A DNA stretch of 61,393 bases, filler included. It is 7 parts of 7 records of this genome, joined end to end, with 100 filler letters (N's around TTAATTAATTAA, not from the genome) between each part and the next. Parts side by side here need not be neighbours in the genome. Positions count along the whole stretch, not along the records: positions 25,919 to 34,939 come from SRR20825010_6757; positions 35,040 to 39,178 come from SRR20825010_6759; 5 more parts are not named here. One strand, 5' to 3'. How positions within the stretch are numbered: position 1 is the first letter of the stretch; the number at the start of each line of letters is the position of its first letter. The notes under the pieces are model-generated. The model was not told the origin of the DNA, did not search any database, and was given only the letters and a program-made list of their open reading frames with translations. A program made the translations under genes and the position numbers. Positions 25,920 to 38,045 of the stretch are shown in pieces.

Positions 25920-28900
25920 ACCGGCGGTGCGGGCGACGACACCGTGCTTGGCGGAACGGGTGAAGACACGCTCGGCGGCGGCACCGGTAATGACAGCCTC
26001 GACGGCGGTACCGGCAACGATATCCTGACCGCGGGCGAAGGCGACGACACGCTGGTTGGCGGCGCAGGCAACGATGTTGCCGAAGGCGGCGCGGGCAATG
26101 ACATCCTGTCCGGCGGCGATGGCAGCGATGCACTCTCCGGCGATGCCGGGGACGATCGTCTCGACGGTGGTGCGGGTGACGACACGCTGGTCGGCGGCGA
26201 AGGCTCCGATACCCTTTCCGGCGGCGCCGGGCGGGACAGCCTGAATGGCGGCGAAGGTGGCGACCTCTATGAATGGAGCGTCGACTCGAACAGCAATATC
26301 CGCCATCACCAGACTGGCGATCCGGACAATCCGACCCTGATCGGGGCAGCGGAAACGTTCGATCCGGCCAACCCGGGCCACGCCCAGTACGACAATTACA
26401 AGGATGACGGCGAGACCGGCATCGACACGCTGACCGGTACCGACGGCAACGATAACATCGCTCTCGATTTCGGTGGCGAGCGGTTGCAGGGCATCGAAGT
26501 CATCGATGGCGGCGCGGGCGACGATGTGCTCGATCTCGCCAGCAACCGGTACGGCTATGGCGACGCCACGCTGATCGGCGGCGAAGGCAATGACGTGCTC
26601 TGGGGTAACCAGGGCGAGGATTATCTCGACGGCGGGGCCGACAATGACTGGCTGGCCGGCAATTCCGGCGACGACACGCTGGATGGCGGCGCGGGCAATG
26701 ACAGGCTCGACGGCAATAGCGGCGCGGACAGTCTGGTCGGCGGCGCCGGTGCGGATACGCTCGACGGCGGCAGCGATGCGGACACGCTCGAAGGCGGTAC
26801 CGGGAGCGATGTGCTCAACGGCGGCAGCGGCGCGGACAACCTTGAAGGCGGTGAAGGCAACGACACGCTCAATGGCGGCACCGGGGCAGACACACTGCGC
26901 GGCGGAGAGGGTGAAGACCTCTATCAAGGCACCGCAGCTGACCTGAACGGCGACACGCTGGCGGATTACGCCGGTGGCGAGGTGGTCTCCGTCACCGACG
27001 CAACCTTTGGTCCGGACGCCGTGACCCTGACGGTCGCAAACGGCCAGACCACGGTCGCGATCGACAGCACCGGAAATGGCAACGCAGACACCACCTTCAC
27101 GATCGACGGCGAATATCGCGGCGTCATCGCCACCGACGGCAACGGCAGCACGGATCTCGTCTTCACCGAGGAAGTGCAGGGCCGGGTCATCATCGGCACG
27201 CCGTATCAGGACGGGATTACCGGAACCGAAGGCGATGACACGATCAGCGCTCTCGGCAGCAATGACACGGTATCCGCGGGTGACGGCGACGATCTGGTCT
27301 CCGGCATGGACGGCCAAGACCTGCTTTTCGGCGAAGCTGGCGCGGACACTCTCAGCGGCGGAGCAGGCTATGATCGTCTGTTCGGCGGCGACGGCGACGA
27401 TGTTCTGGATGGCGGTGGAGACGTTGACGTCCTTGATGGCGGTGACGGCAACGACACGCTGAGCGGCGGCGATGGCAAGGATTATCTGAGCGGTGGCGAC
27501 GGCGACGATGTCATCGATGGCGGCCAGGACCGGGACTACATCCTCGGTGGCGCCGGCAACGATACGCTTTATGGCGCCGAAGACCATGACCGGATCACCG
27601 GCGGAGATGGTGAAGACCTGGTCTATGGCGGCACCGGCCAGGATCAGCTCAAGGGCGGAAACGGCAACGACACACTCTCGGGCGGCGACGACAGGGATTA
27701 CCTGAGCGGTGACGATGGCGATGACAGCCTCGCCGGCAACGACGGTAAAGACACACTGGTCGGAGGCAATGGCGCGGACACGCTCGACGGTGGTGAAGAC
27801 CGCGACGAGCTGAACGGCGGCGACGGAAACGACCTCCTGAACGGTGGTGCCGATGATGACAAGCTGACCGGCCAGGACGGCGACGACACCCTGATTGGCG
27901 GTGACGGAAACGACGATCTTTTTGCCGGCGACGGCGATGACAGCCTCGACGGTGGCGACGGCAGAGATTATCTGCGCGGCAATGACGGTGACGACACGAT
28001 CTCCGGCGGCGCGGGCAATGACAGCATTTCCGGCGATGACGGCGACGATGTTCTCGATGGCGGCACCGGGGATGACACGGTCACCGGCGGCGACGGAAAC
28101 GACACCGTTCTCGGCGGCGAAGGCGAGGATACACTCGGCGGCGGACGCGGCGATGACAGCCTCGACGGCGGAGCCGGCAATGACACCCTGACGGCCGGCA
28201 GCGGCAACGATGTGCTGGTCGGCGGCGCGGGCAACGACTTCCTGGAAGGCGAATCCGGCAGCGATACGCTCTCTGGCGGGGCTGGTGCGGACCGCTTCTA
28301 TGGCGAGCTCTCAGATCTCGACGGCGATGTCATCGAGGATTACAGCGCCGATGACGGCGACGTGGTAATCGTCGATCGCAATATCGACGAAGACGACATC
28401 ACGCTCACGGTTGCGGATGGCAAGACCACGGTCTCCATCGACACCAATCATAACGGCCATGCCGAAGCGACCTTCGTCCTGAACGGCACGTTCACGGCGG
28501 TCGAGGCGGATCGCCATCACGGCAAGACCACCCTCTCCTTCACCCCGGCCGAACCGGTCGAGGACAGCGCCACCGAAGGCGATGACAGCCTGCTCGGCAG
28601 CATTGCGGATGACACGATCGACGGTCTCGGCGGCAATGACACCATCGATGGCGGCGACGGCAACGATCTGGTGTCAGGCGGCGCGGGGAATGACACGGTC
28701 ACCGGCGGCGCGGGTGACGATACCGTGCTCGGCGGCTCCGGCGATGACACCCTTGGCGGCGGCACGGGTAACGACAGTCTCGACGGCGGTACCGGCAATG
28801 ACACGCTGACGGCTGGCGAGGGTGACGACGCTCTCAGTGGCGGCCTTGGCAGCGACCGTCTTGAAGGCGGGGCCGGCAGCGACACACTCTATGGCGATGG

Positions 28901-31900
28901 CGACAGCGCCTCGGGTGGCGAGACCGAAACCCTCCGCATCGACTCCTCTAACTTCGGCGAGACCGGCAGCGGCTTCACGGTTACCGCGACCCGGGCTCTG
29001 CAGGACGGTAGTCAGAGCGATGCCAGCGTCGACAACATCGTTGTCGAGCGGGATGCACTCGGCGTCGATGGCACCATGACCCCGGGCGGCATTCCGGACC
29101 AGCTCGGCTACGACCCTGCCCTTGGCTTCTCCGAGGAACTGATCGTCGATTTCGACGACATGGCCACTGGCGCCAGCGTCGATATCCTCCGGCTGTTCTC
29201 CAACGAGGGGAATGGCGGCGAGCAGGGTCACTGGGCGGCATATCGGGATGGCGAGCTTGTCGGTGAGGCGGACTTCACCGCCGCGAGCGGCGACGAGACG
29301 ACGATCAGCATCGATATCGATGGCGGCTTCGACAGGCTGGTCTTCTCCGCGACCGATTATGCGGGCGGCGATGACGGCAATGCCCATGACAGCAGCGATT
29401 ATCTGATCCGCAGCATCGAGGTGACCACCGACCCGAGCCTTTCGGCCGCGGCGGACGACACCCTGATCGGCAACGAAGGCGACGATGTCCTCTACGGACA
29501 GCAGGGCAACGACGTTCTTGATGGCGGGGCCGGTAACGATCTGCTCGAGGGCGGTGACGGCAACGACACGCTGACCGGCGGCGATGCCAGCACCACCGAA
29601 GAACTTGGCCCGGAACTGATCGTCAATGGCGACTTCGAGGATCTGCCCGGCAATCTGCAGCACGGCAACTGGGGCACCTTCACGGCCATCAACGGCTGGA
29701 CCGCCGAAGACCTGACCCCGACCAGCGGCGGTACCGCGCCAATCGAAATCCACCAGGGCGAGCTGGACGGCACGCCGCAGCAGCCGGATGAGTGGGCGGA
29801 CGACAACCATGTCGCCGAGCTCGACAGCCATCCGGAAACCGGCGGCACCCATGGCGACACCAATGTGCTGATGGCACAGACCGTCAATGTCACGGAAGAC
29901 GGCGACTTCCGCTTCAGCTTCGATTTCGCCGCGCGCCAGCTCGGCAATCAGGTCGAGGAAACCAGCGAGATCACCGTCTGGGTCGATGGCGAGCAGGTGC
30001 TGAAGATCGATGACGCGGCCAGGGAATGGTCGCACCAGACCCTGTCCGTCAGCCTGACGGCGGGCGCTCATGTCATCGCCTTCAGCGGCGGCGACGCGGA
30101 CGGCACGTCCGACCAGTACGGTGCCCTGATCGACAATGTCTCGCTGCGGCAGATCACCGAAGCCAGCCTGAACGACACCCTTATTGGCGGTGCCGGTGAC
30201 GATGTGATTTCCGGCGGCACAGGGGCGGACAGCCTGGTCGGCGGCGCCGGTAACGACGTCTTCCGCGGCACGGCCGCAGAGCTCGAAGGCGACCGGATCG
30301 CGGACTACCAGAACGGCGACTCCATCACTGTGACCGGGCTGTCTCTCGAGGACGATGATGTCAGCCTGATGGCGGACGGCGCGAACACCCGGGTCTGGCT
30401 CGACACCGACAATGACGGCGTGCCAGATACCTCCTTCCTGCTGGTCGGCAGCTTCGAAAGCGTGACGGTTTCCGCCGATGGCGACACCACCCTCACCTTC
30501 TCCGCCGATGCGGGCGAAGATGACGGAGAAGACGACGCCATCTACGGCACCGAGGGCGACGACTCCCTCGGCGCGACCGAACTCGACGATACGCTGGACG
30601 GACTGGCCGGAAACGACACACTCAACGGCCTGGCCGGCGACGACGTGATCTATGGCGGTGCCGGCGACGACCGGGTCAGCGGCGACGATGGCGCGGACAG
30701 CCTGCATGGCGGCGACGGCGCCGACAGCCTCTATGCCGATGCGGACGATCAGGTGATTGACGGTGGAGACGGCTTCGACCGGGCTTTCATCAATATCCGG
30801 GATGCCCGTGACGGCGCGGACTTCCAGAATGTCGAACAGATCGAACTCACCGCGAACGCTGCCTGGGAATCCGGCTGGTCCCTCTTGACCTCGACGGACA
30901 TCGACGGCGATGGCGACGAGGACATGATCTGGCGCAACGACGATAGCGGCAAGGTCACGGCCTGGGCCATGGAAGGCTCCGTCGTGGTCGAGCGCAGCAA
31001 TCTCGGCACCCTGGACGACAACTGGTCGGTCGAGGCCATCAAGGACTTCAACGGCGACGGCACCAACGATCTGCTGATCCGGAACAGTGCCACCGATGCG
31101 GTCTCGGTCTGGGAAATCGACGGTACCGACGAGCCGGCCAAGGGCTTCTCCGGCTTCCTCGGTAACAATTGGGATATTCTCGGTACTGGCGATTTCGACG
31201 GTGACGGCAAGGAAGATTTCCTCGCCCGGAACGATAACGGAACCGCCACGGTCTGGCGTATGGATGGCTCCACTGCGCTCGAAAAGAGCAATGCCGGGAC
31301 CATCGGTGCGGACTGGACGCTGGAATCGGTTGCCGACTTCAATGGCGACGGCAAGGACGATCTGCTGCTGAGAAGCAGCAATACCGGCACCGTCTCGGTC
31401 TGGGAAATGGATGGCGGAACGGCCTCGAACAAGAGCTATGCCGGTACCCTGAACTCCGACTGGTCCGTCGAGCATGTCTCCGACATGAATGGCGACGGCA
31501 AGGACGATCTGGTCCTTCGAAATACCGCCGACGGCACCGTCTCGGTCTGGGAAATGAATGGCGGCGTTGCCTCGAACAAAGGCTATGTCGGCACTCTCAA
31601 CAACGGCTGGTCCGTCGAAGGCTTCGCGGACTTCAATGGCGACGGCACGGACGACATGCTGGTGCGCAGCGACAGCGGCGCGGTCTCGGTCTGGGAGATG
31701 GATGGCGCCACCCTGCTCAATGCCGGGTATGCGGGTGATCTTACCGCCGACTGGGCCGTCCGCGGTCTGGCCGACTTCAACGGCGACGGCAAGGCGGACA
31801 TCCTGGCGGAAAACACCTCGACCGGTACGGTCACGGTCTGGGAGATGGATGGCTCAATGGCAACCAACAAGGGCTTCGTGAAGTCTCTCGGTGCCGGCGA

Positions 31901-32060
31901 GAGCATCACCGACATTGCCGACGTCAATGGCGACGGCAATGCGGATATCCAGATCACATCCGCCGCCAACGACGGCGTCTCCTACTGGGAGATGGATGGC
32001 AGCGATCTGAAGAAGGTTGTTCAGGGCGGTCACTATTACATCGACACGCCGTTCATCTAG
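25920..32060 (+). CDS. Giant RTX-type Ca-binding surface/secreted protein with DUF642-like domain and eight C-terminal FG-GAP/VCBS repeats (5' truncated)
   Basis: Dozens of GGxGxDxL nonapeptides; [18 protein letters not shown] domain (~29600-30150); eight DFNGDG-type repeats at ~30898-31950; frame is open to the contig edge. Confidence 0.9.
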   Translation, partial: TGGAGDDTVLGGTGEDTLGGGTGNDSLDGGTGNDILTAGEGDDTLVGGAGNDVAEGGAGNDILSGGDGSDALSGDAGDDRLDGGAGDDTLVGGEGSDTLSGGAGRDSLNGGEGGDLYEWSVDSNSNIRHHQTGDPDNPTLIGAAETFDPANPGHAQYDNYKDDGETGIDTLTGTDGNDNIALDFGGERLQGIEVIDGGAGDDVLDLASNRYGYGDATLIGGEGNDVLWGNQGEDYLDGGADNDWLAGNSGDDTLDGGAGNDRLDGNSGADSLVGGAGADTLDGGSDADTLEGGTGSDVLNGGSGADNLEGGEGNDTLNGGTGADTLRGGEGEDLYQGTAADLNGDTLADYAGGEVVSVTDATFGPDAVTLTVANGQTTVAIDSTGNGNADTTFTIDGEYRGVIATDGNGSTDLVFTEEVQGRVIIGTPYQDGITGTEGDDTISALGSNDTVSAGDGDDLVSGMDGQDLLFGEAGADTLSGGAGYDRLFGGDGDDVLDGGGDVDVLDGGDGNDTLSGGDGKDYLSGGDGDDVIDGGQDRDYILGGAGNDTLYGAEDHDRITGGDGEDLVYGGTGQDQLKGGNGNDTLSGGDDRDYLSGDDGDDSLAGNDGKDTLVGGNGADTLDGGEDRDELNGGDGNDLLNGGADDDKLTGQDGDDTLIGGDGNDDLFAGDGDDSLDGGDGRDYLRGNDGDDTISGGAGNDSISGDDGDDVLDGGTGDDTVTGGDGNDTVLGGEGEDTLGGGRGDDSLDGGAGNDTLTAGSGNDVLVGGAGNDFLEGESGSDTLSGGAGADRFYGELSDLDGDVIEDYSADDGDVVIVDRNIDEDDITLTVADGKTTVSIDTNHNGHAEATFVLNGTFTAVEADRHHGKTTLSFTPAEPVEDSATEGDDSLLGSIADDTIDGLGGNDTIDGGDGNDLVSGGAGNDTVTGGAGDDTVLGGSGDDTLGGGTGNDSLDGGTGNDTLTAGEGDDALSGGLGSDRLEGGAGSDTLYGDGDSASGGETETLRIDSSNFGETGSGFTVTATRALQDGSQSDASVDNIVVERDALGVDGTMTPGGIPDQLGYDPALGFSEELIVDFDDMATGASVDILRLFSNEGNGGEQGHWAAYRDGELVGEADFTAASGDETTISIDIDGGFDRLVFSATDYAGGDDGNAHDSSDYLIRSIEVTTDPSLSAAADDTLIGNEGDDVLYGQQGNDVLDGGAGNDLLEGGDGNDTLTGGDASTTEELGPELIVNGDFEDLPGNLQHGNWGTFTAINGWTAEDLTPTSGGTAPIEIHQGELDGTPQQPDEWADDNHVAELDSHPETGGTHGDTNVLMAQTVNVTEDGDFRFSFDFAARQLGNQVEETSEITVWVDGEQVLKIDDAAREWSHQTLSVSLTAGAHVIAFSGGDADGTSDQYGALIDNVSLRQITEASLNDTLIGGAGDDVISGGTGADSLVGGAGNDVFRGTAAELEGDRIADYQNGDSITVTGLSLEDDDVSLMADGANTRVWLDTDNDGVPDTSFLLVGSFESVTVSADGDTTLTFSADAGEDDGEDDAIYGTEGDDSLGATELDDTLDGLAGNDTLNGLAGDDVIYGGAGDDRVSGDDGADSLHGGDGADSLYADADDQVIDGGDGFDRAFINIRDARDGADFQNVEQIELTANAAWESGWSLLTSTDIDGDGDEDMIWRNDDSGKVTAWAMEGSVVVERSNLGTLDDNWSVEAIKDFNGDGTNDLLIRNSATDAVSVWEIDGTDEPAKGFSGFLGNNWDILGTGDFDGDGKEDFLARNDNGTATVWRMDGSTALEKSNAGTIGADWTLESVADFNGDGKDDLLLRSSNTGTVSVWEMDGGTASNKSYAGTLNSDWSVEHVSDMNGDGKDDLVLRNTADGTVSVWEMNGGVASNKGYVGTLNNGWSVEGFADFNGDGTDDMLVRSDSGAVSVWEMDGATLLNAGYAGDLTADWAVRGLADFNGDGKADILAENTSTGTVTVWEMDGSMATNKGFVKSLGAGESITDIADVNGDGNADIQITSAANDGVSYWEMDGSDLKKVVQGGHYYIDTPFI

Positions 32061-32070
32061 GCTCAACGAC

Positions 32071-32118
32071 AAGAAAGGCCCCCGGAGACAGATTGCGTCC
32101 CCGGGGGTCTTTTTCTTT
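32071..32118. terminator. Bidirectional intrinsic terminator between the convergent RTX gene and GST
   Basis: aagaaagGCCCCCGG...CCGGGGGTCtttttcttt stem with A-rich and T-rich flanks. Confidence 0.8.
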
Positions 32119-32788
32119 ATCCTGCCAGATGCATCGCCGGATCACGAACCGCATCGAAACTCGGCCTGGCGGATACCTGGCCGTAGTAACGCGCAAGGTT
32201 CGGCGAAAGCGCCTCCTCTCCCGCCAGAAGCGCCCAGCGATGCACCCGGATTGTCATCGGAATATCGCCGTAACTCCAGCGATCAGCCGCGATATGTTCT
32301 GTCCGGGAGAGCTGATCCTCGACAATACCCCATGCCTTGATCAATGCCGCCCGGGCTGCCTCCGCAACAGCGGTTTCGCGCTGCTCCTCCGGCAGTCTGA
32401 TGGTATGTTTCACCAGGGTATGCATCGGCGGGATCAGCTCGTTATTCTCCCACATGATCCAACGGCCGGCCGACGCGAAACACGCAATGTCCGCGCCGTA
32501 GAACCCGTCCGGATCGTATTTCATCGCAAGATATTGCAGGATCGCGTTCGATTCCCAGAGAACGAAACCGTCATCCAGGATCGTCGGCACCGTACCGTTC
32601 GGATTCATCGCCCTGTATTCCGGCGTATTCACCACCCCGAAAGCCTGATTGCCTTTCGCCACATGGCCGGCCGCTCCCATGGTGCCGCTGGCCAGAACAA
32701 GCTCATGCGGCAGGCCGAGTTCAGCCATGGCCAAGAGCACCTTCTGCGTCCGCGCTGACGTCGGGCGCCCCCAGATCTTGATGGTCAT
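32117..32788 (-). CDS. Glutathione S-transferase family protein
   Basis: MTIKIWGRPTS, MNPNGTVPTILDDGFVLWESNAILQYL and WSYGDI. Confidence 0.92.
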   Translation of the reverse strand: MTIKIWGRPTSARTQKVLLAMAELGLPHELVLASGTMGAAGHVAKGNQAFGVVNTPEYRAMNPNGTVPTILDDGFVLWESNAILQYLAMKYDPDGFYGADIACFASAGRWIMWENNELIPPMHTLVKHTIRLPEEQRETAVAEAARAALIKAWGIVEDQLSRTEHIAADRWSYGDIPMTIRVHRWALLAGEEALSPNLARYYGQVSARPSFDAVRDPAMHLAG

Positions 32789-33191
32789 CTCATTTTCCCC
32801 CAACTGGTAGTTTATTTACTCTATCCTCTGGCTCTATTCCCTGGCGCGCATTTCCGTCATCGCAGAGATGTCCTATACGCTCATGACCCGGTTCTGAATT
32901 GGCAAAGAGAAACAAGATAGATATCCCGTCAATGTAGCGGGCGACTGGCGGCGCGATTGCCTCAAAACAGATCGTCAATGCATATAAATTTACTTTTATG
33001 TCGCACAAAGATAACCATTTCTTAGTGGTTGCCCGATAAAGTCAGGGTCCACGTCACCTCCTAATAGGATGAATTTAGATAAATTTTTATTGAAATTATC
33101 CTCAAACATCCTTATTCCAAGGTAACGTAAGGTCAACGGACTTCCCGGCTATAGAACACAGCCGCAATCGCCCGCGAACCGGAGCAAAAAA

Positions 33192-34939
33192 ATGGCACGG
33201 CGCTCGTCGTATGACAGAGATACTCAGAGGTCTGGTTTGATTACCGGCGATAATGACCGTGACGCCATCACCGGCTCGTCCGATGATGATTCGATCTATG
33301 GGTATGGAGATCGTGACACGCTCTCCGGCGCAGACGGCAACGACCTGCTCTATGGCGGCGACGGCAGAGACTATCTGGTCGGCGGTGACGGTGCCGATAT
33401 TCTCTATGGCGAGGCAGACGACGACACGCTGAGCGGCGGCGACGGCAATGACACGCTCTATGGCGGCGAGGGCAGCAACAGCCTTTTCGGCGATAATGGC
33501 GACGACTATCTTCATGGCGGCGATGATGGAGAGACCCTCTCCGGCGGCCGCGGCAACGATACGATCATCGGCAATGGCGGCGACGACGCCCTGCGCGATA
33601 CCAGCGGCAACAATTATTTCGACGGCGGCGCGGGTGAGGACACGATCACCGGCGGCCAGGGCAGCGACACCATTCTTGGCGGCGCCGACAATGACCGGAT
33701 CACCGGCGGGGCCGGCAATGACAGCATCGATGGCGGTGCCGGCGACGACACCATCTCCGGGGACTACAACAACGACACCATCCAGGGCGGTGACGGCAAC
33801 GACCTGATCCGGGGTCGGGGCGGTAACGACAGCCTCGACGGCGGTGCCGGCGACGACACTGTGTCCGGTGATTACGGCAATGATGCGCTGAACGGCGGGA
33901 CGGGCAACGATACGCTCTATGGCCGCGGCGGCAGCGACACGATCGATGGTGGGGATGGAGACGATCTTCTGTCCGGCGATAGCGGCAAGGACACCCTTCT
34001 TGGCGGAGCCGGCGACGATACAATCTCCGGGCGTGGCGGCAACGACAGCATTGACGGCGGTGCGGGCAATGACAGCATTTTCGCCGAGTCGGGCAATGAT
34101 CTGATCTCCGGCGGAGCTGGCGACGACACCATCTCCGGACGCGGTGGCAACGACACCATCGATGGCGGTGCCGGGAACGATTATCTGCGCGCCGATTACG
34201 GCAGCGATTCCCTGCAGGGCGGGGACGGAAACGACACGATCATCGGCGGCGGCGGTAATGACGCTATCGATGGCGGCGATGGCGATGACAGCCTGAGCGG
34301 CAGCTACGGCCGGGACACACTCATCGGCGGGGCCGGAGATGACACGCTGACCGGGGCCGGCAGCAATGACAGCCTCGACGGCGGTGCCGGCGACGACGTT
34401 CTGGATGGTGGGGATGACCGCGACACCATCCATGGCGGCGACGGTAATGACCAGATTACCGGTGGCGACGGCAATGACAGCCTTTCGGGTGGCGACGGCG
34501 ACGACACTATCGAGGGCGGTCGCGGCAACGACACCATCGACGGCGGTGCCGGCAGCGACCTGATCACCGGCAAGGCCTCCGAATTCCAGGGCGACCACCT
34601 CAAACTGGACGGCAGCGACACCCTGCTTCTGACCGACATCAGTCTTGATTCCGACGATGTCTCGCTGATGAATTATTACGGGACCACCTACGTCGTCATC
34701 GACACGAACGGCAATGGCTGGCCGGAATATTACTTCTCCCTCGAAGGCGATTTCGAATCGATCAATGTGTCCGTTGGCGAAAACGGCACAAGCCTCAGCT
34801 TCGTCTCCGGACCGATAACCGGGACCGACGGTGATGACACCCTCGTCGGCACCAACGATGCCGACACCATCTCCGCCCTCGGCGGCAACGATACCATCTC
34901 CGCAGGCGACGGCGACGACGTCCTGGACGGCGGCGCGGG
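33192..34939 (+). CDS. RTX-type Ca-binding repeat protein (3' truncated)
   Basis: Near-continuous GGxGxD nonapeptides from the N-terminus; GGAG SD; runs into the gap. Confidence 0.9.
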
Positions 34940-35039
34940 NNNNNNNNNNNNNNNNNNNNNNNNNNNNNNNNNNNNNNNNNNNNTTAATTAATTAANNNNN
35001 NNNNNNNNNNNNNNNNNNNNNNNNNNNNNNNNNNNNNNN
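34940..35039. other. Artificial contig junction
   Basis: N spacer with ttaattaattaa. Confidence 0.98.
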
Positions 35040-35112
35040 CGGTGAAGACGCGATAGCGCTTTTCCTCTTTCAGAGCGGCAATCGCCTGCTCGAACATGCT
35101 CTCGTAATCCAT
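35040..35112 (-). CDS. hemA: 5-aminolevulinate synthase, N-terminal fragment (not in ORF track)
   Basis: Manual translation MDYESMFEQAIAALKEEKRYRVFT matches the alphaproteobacterial ALAS start MDY..........L..EGRYR.F. Confidence 0.75.
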
Positions 35113-35265
35113 CGTCCGCCCTTAAGCTTTGTTTGGTCCATCGACCGATGCATTCCTAAATACCGTTTCCGACCGATCCGTGACAAGGGACAAAAGGTCG
35201 CAACGCGAGGCTGATCGCGCGCTTTTGATCGGCTTTTTCTCCGTGTTCTGGGACAGGCGCTCGCC

Positions 35266-36150
35266 TCAATGCGCCATAAACACCGGAATCGGGCAGTTAT
35301 TCAGCACTTCTTCCGTCACCGCGCCAAAGAACAGGCGGCGCAGACGACTTCGCGTGTAGGCGCCCATCACCAGTATGTCCGCGTTGCATTTACCGGCCTC
35401 GGCCAGAATTGATTCGGCTGTCGACTTGCCGTTTGAATCGCTAATCTCGCAGCGATCCGCCTGCACCCCATACATGGTGAGATAGCGCTGCACGGCGAGC
35501 GGATGAATATCCTCATCCAGATCATCGACGGCGGAGATCAGCATCACTTTCTCAGCGGTCTGCAGGAACGGCAGGGAGTAGGAGAGCGCGCGCGCCGATT
35601 CCACCGACCCGTTCCAGGCAAAGGCGACCCGCAGGCCGACATCTTTGGGCAGCACCTTATCCAGCAACAGGACCGGACGACCGGTTTCGCGGAGCGCGGC
35701 ATTAATCAGCAAGGAGTTGTTGATCTGTTCCTCGCCTTCCTGCTTGCAGATAATAATCAGGTCGAACAAACGCCCGTAACTATGTATTGTATCTTCGCTA
35801 TTTCCCTGTTTTTCAACAAAGCGGGTGGAGGGGCCTTCGCCCGCCGGGCGGTCGGCAATGTCATGGATTTCCGGAATTTGCATGCGTTCCGAAATCTCCT
35901 TGAAAAGCTCCCGCGCGCGTTTGCGGCGCTCTTCCCCGTCCTTTTCCGCCATTTCGATGACGCTCTCGATCATGGTCGAGGTCATCCCCTCGCCAACGAA
36001 AGCGGCCGCCGATCGCGGATCAATCTTGATATGCAGCGCGTTGACATGGGCGCCGAAGCGGACGGCGAGATTAAAGGCGCTCTCAAGCGCTTTCGCGTCG
36101 CTGTCGTTGTTTGCGCCGGACAGGGGAACAAGAATGTTTTTAAAATGCAT
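35266..36150 (-). CDS. Universal stress protein (tandem USP)
   Basis: FKNILVPLSG, GRPVLL, AWNGSVESARAL and LVMGAYTRSRLRRLFFGAVT. Confidence 0.92.
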   Translation of the reverse strand: MHFKNILVPLSGANNDSDAKALESAFNLAVRFGAHVNALHIKIDPRSAAAFVGEGMTSTMIESVIEMAEKDGEERRKRARELFKEISERMQIPEIHDIADRPAGEGPSTRFVEKQGNSEDTIHSYGRLFDLIIICKQEGEEQINNSLLINAALRETGRPVLLLDKVLPKDVGLRVAFAWNGSVESARALSYSLPFLQTAEKVMLISAVDDLDEDIHPLAVQRYLTMYGVQADRCEISDSNGKSTAESILAEAGKCNADILVMGAYTRSRLRRLFFGAVTEEVLNNCPIPVFMAH

Positions 36151-36230
36151 TGAATACCTCAGCCTGTGAGTTTTCATGTAAATGTAACACTAAGACCCTA
36201 AATCCTAAAGGCTTTTATAGGTTTTCGGCG

Positions 36231-37163
36231 CTAGTCCCCGTCGTCCCGGTCGTTGTTGATATGGAGGGGGTCCTGATGGATGATGGCTTCCGCTTCGGGA
36301 TATTCCGCCATCAGGCGCGCCTCGACCGCATCCGAGATGGTATGGGCGTCGCGCAAGGAGATGCTGCCGTCGATATCGAGATGCATCTGCATGAAGAGCT
36401 GCTGGCCGGAGCGGCGGGTCCGCAAATCATGAATGCCAAGCACTCCCGGCTGTTGCAGGACGATGGCCTTGATATTCTCGCGTTCCTCATCGCCAAGTTC
36501 CTCATCCATGAGATCGGCGAAGGACGTGCGGATGATTTTCCAGGCACTGACGATCAGGATAAGCGCAATCAGGATGGCGAACAGCCCGTCGGCGTAGCGC
36601 AAGTGGAATACGGTGTCGAGAATGAGCGCGAGGATCACGGCGCCATTGATTAATACATCACCGGCATAATGCAGGGAATCGGCGGAAATCGCCACGGAGC
36701 GGGTCTTGTTGATCACATAGCGCTGATAAAGAACAAGGCCGATGGTCAGCGCGATGGAGATAATCATAACGGTAATGCCGACATCCGTGGAGGAGATCGG
36801 CTTCGGATTGAGCAACCGCTCTCCGCCCTGAAACAGCAGGAAGACAGCCGATCCCGTAATGATTGCCGACTGGAATAGCCCGGCCAGAGCCTCCGCTTTG
36901 CCATGGCCGAAGCGATGATCGCTGTCGGCCGGGACGAGGGCCTGGCGCACGGCGAAGAGATTGATGGCGGAAGCCGCGAGATCGAGCATGGAATCGACCA
37001 TCGTCGAGAGCATGGCCACGGAATTGGTCGCGAAATAGGCGAAGGCCTTGATCAGGACCAGCAACAATGCAACGCCCACCGCGGCATAGGTGGCCCGCTT
37101 CATCATCTGCCCGTTCGCAGTATCGTTTTCTTGTGAAAACAGGTTATCCGGATCGGCTGTCAC
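36231..37163 (-). CDS. fieF: Cation diffusion facilitator, FieF/YiiP-like
   Basis: DSMLD, DHRFGHGKAEALA, ADSLHYAGD, HDLRTR and IIHQDP. Confidence 0.88.
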   Translation of the reverse strand: MTADPDNLFSQENDTANGQMMKRATYAAVGVALLLVLIKAFAYFATNSVAMLSTMVDSMLDLAASAINLFAVRQALVPADSDHRFGHGKAEALAGLFQSAIITGSAVFLLFQGGERLLNPKPISSTDVGITVMIISIALTIGLVLYQRYVINKTRSVAISADSLHYAGDVLINGAVILALILDTVFHLRYADGLFAILIALILIVSAWKIIRTSFADLMDEELGDEERENIKAIVLQQPGVLGIHDLRTRRSGQQLFMQMHLDIDGSISLRDAHTISDAVEARLMAEYPEAEAIIHQDPLHINNDRDDGD

Positions 37164-37212
37164 AGTTGGTTACGTCCCATGTTTAATGGTTTTGCGCGGG
37201 TTCCTGATTATC

Positions 37213-37803
37213 TTACGGGTAAAGAACGCTCTCTGTCCAACCCCCGTCGCCCTTGTCATAGCGGCGCCGTTCATGCAGCCGGAAGGGGCGGTCGCGCCAG
37301 AACTCCATCCGCTCAGGACTGATGCGAAAGCCGGACCAGTAATCAGGCCGCGGGATTGTCCCGATGGCATATTTCGCGGCATATTTGGCAACTTCCGTTT
37401 CCAGCGTGAAACGCCCCTCCATCGGGCGGGACTGCTGGCTGGCCCAGGCCCCGATCCGGCTGTCGCGCGGGCGGCTGTCGAAATAGGCGTCGGCTTCCGC
37501 GTCTGTTACTTTCTCGACGGTGCCCTGAATGCGGATCTGGCGGCGCAGGGATTTCCAGTGAAAACAAAGCCCAGCACGCGGATTCGCAAGTAATTCGCGG
37601 CCTTTCTGGCTGCCGAAATTCGTATAGAAGACGAAGCCGCGCTCATCCACACCTTTGAGCAATACCATCCGCACAGAGGGATATCCCTCCGTATCGGCGG
37701 TGGCCAGCGCCATCGCCGTCGGGTCGTTGGGCTCGCTTTTCTCGGCTTCCGCCATCCAGTCCTGAAACTCGGTGAGGAGTTCGGTAAAGTTTTTCACAGT
37801 CAT
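37213..37803 (-). CDS. pdxH: Pyridoxamine 5'-phosphate oxidase
   Basis: [26 protein letters not shown] and [13 protein letters not shown]. Confidence 0.96.
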   Translation of the reverse strand: MTVKNFTELLTEFQDWMAEAEKSEPNDPTAMALATADTEGYPSVRMVLLKGVDERGFVFYTNFGSQKGRELLANPRAGLCFHWKSLRRQIRIQGTVEKVTDAEADAYFDSRPRDSRIGAWASQQSRPMEGRFTLETEVAKYAAKYAIGTIPRPDYWSGFRISPERMEFWRDRPFRLHERRRYDKGDGGWTESVLYP

Positions 37804-38045
37804 TTTCGGATACTCGTTATCTCACTGCATGCCACTGCTTTGCCGCATTTCGTTGCCAAACTTAATTGGCCGCGACGGAATTGTCGACCGGTGACGTTTA
37901 CATTAAGATAGGCCTATCCGAAAGCATTTGAAATGAATTGTGATGGACCTATTACTATAAAAGTCTCTTGTGGACCTATATAGTGATGAAACGGGGATGG
38001 TCTGACAGCTGTCAGGATCTGAATTTTACGATGACAAGGATTGTA

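Noticed and set aside
30898-31950. Regularly spaced ~147-nt direct repeats as a possible CRISPR or DGR template
   Set aside because: They are in-frame FG-GAP protein repeats with synonymous divergence, and no reverse transcriptase is nearby
25863-34639. Long minus-strand ORFs (574, 933 and 498 aa) opposite the RTX genes
   Set aside because: These are antisense shadows of GC-rich repetitive coding sequence (V/A/I-rich, no motifs)
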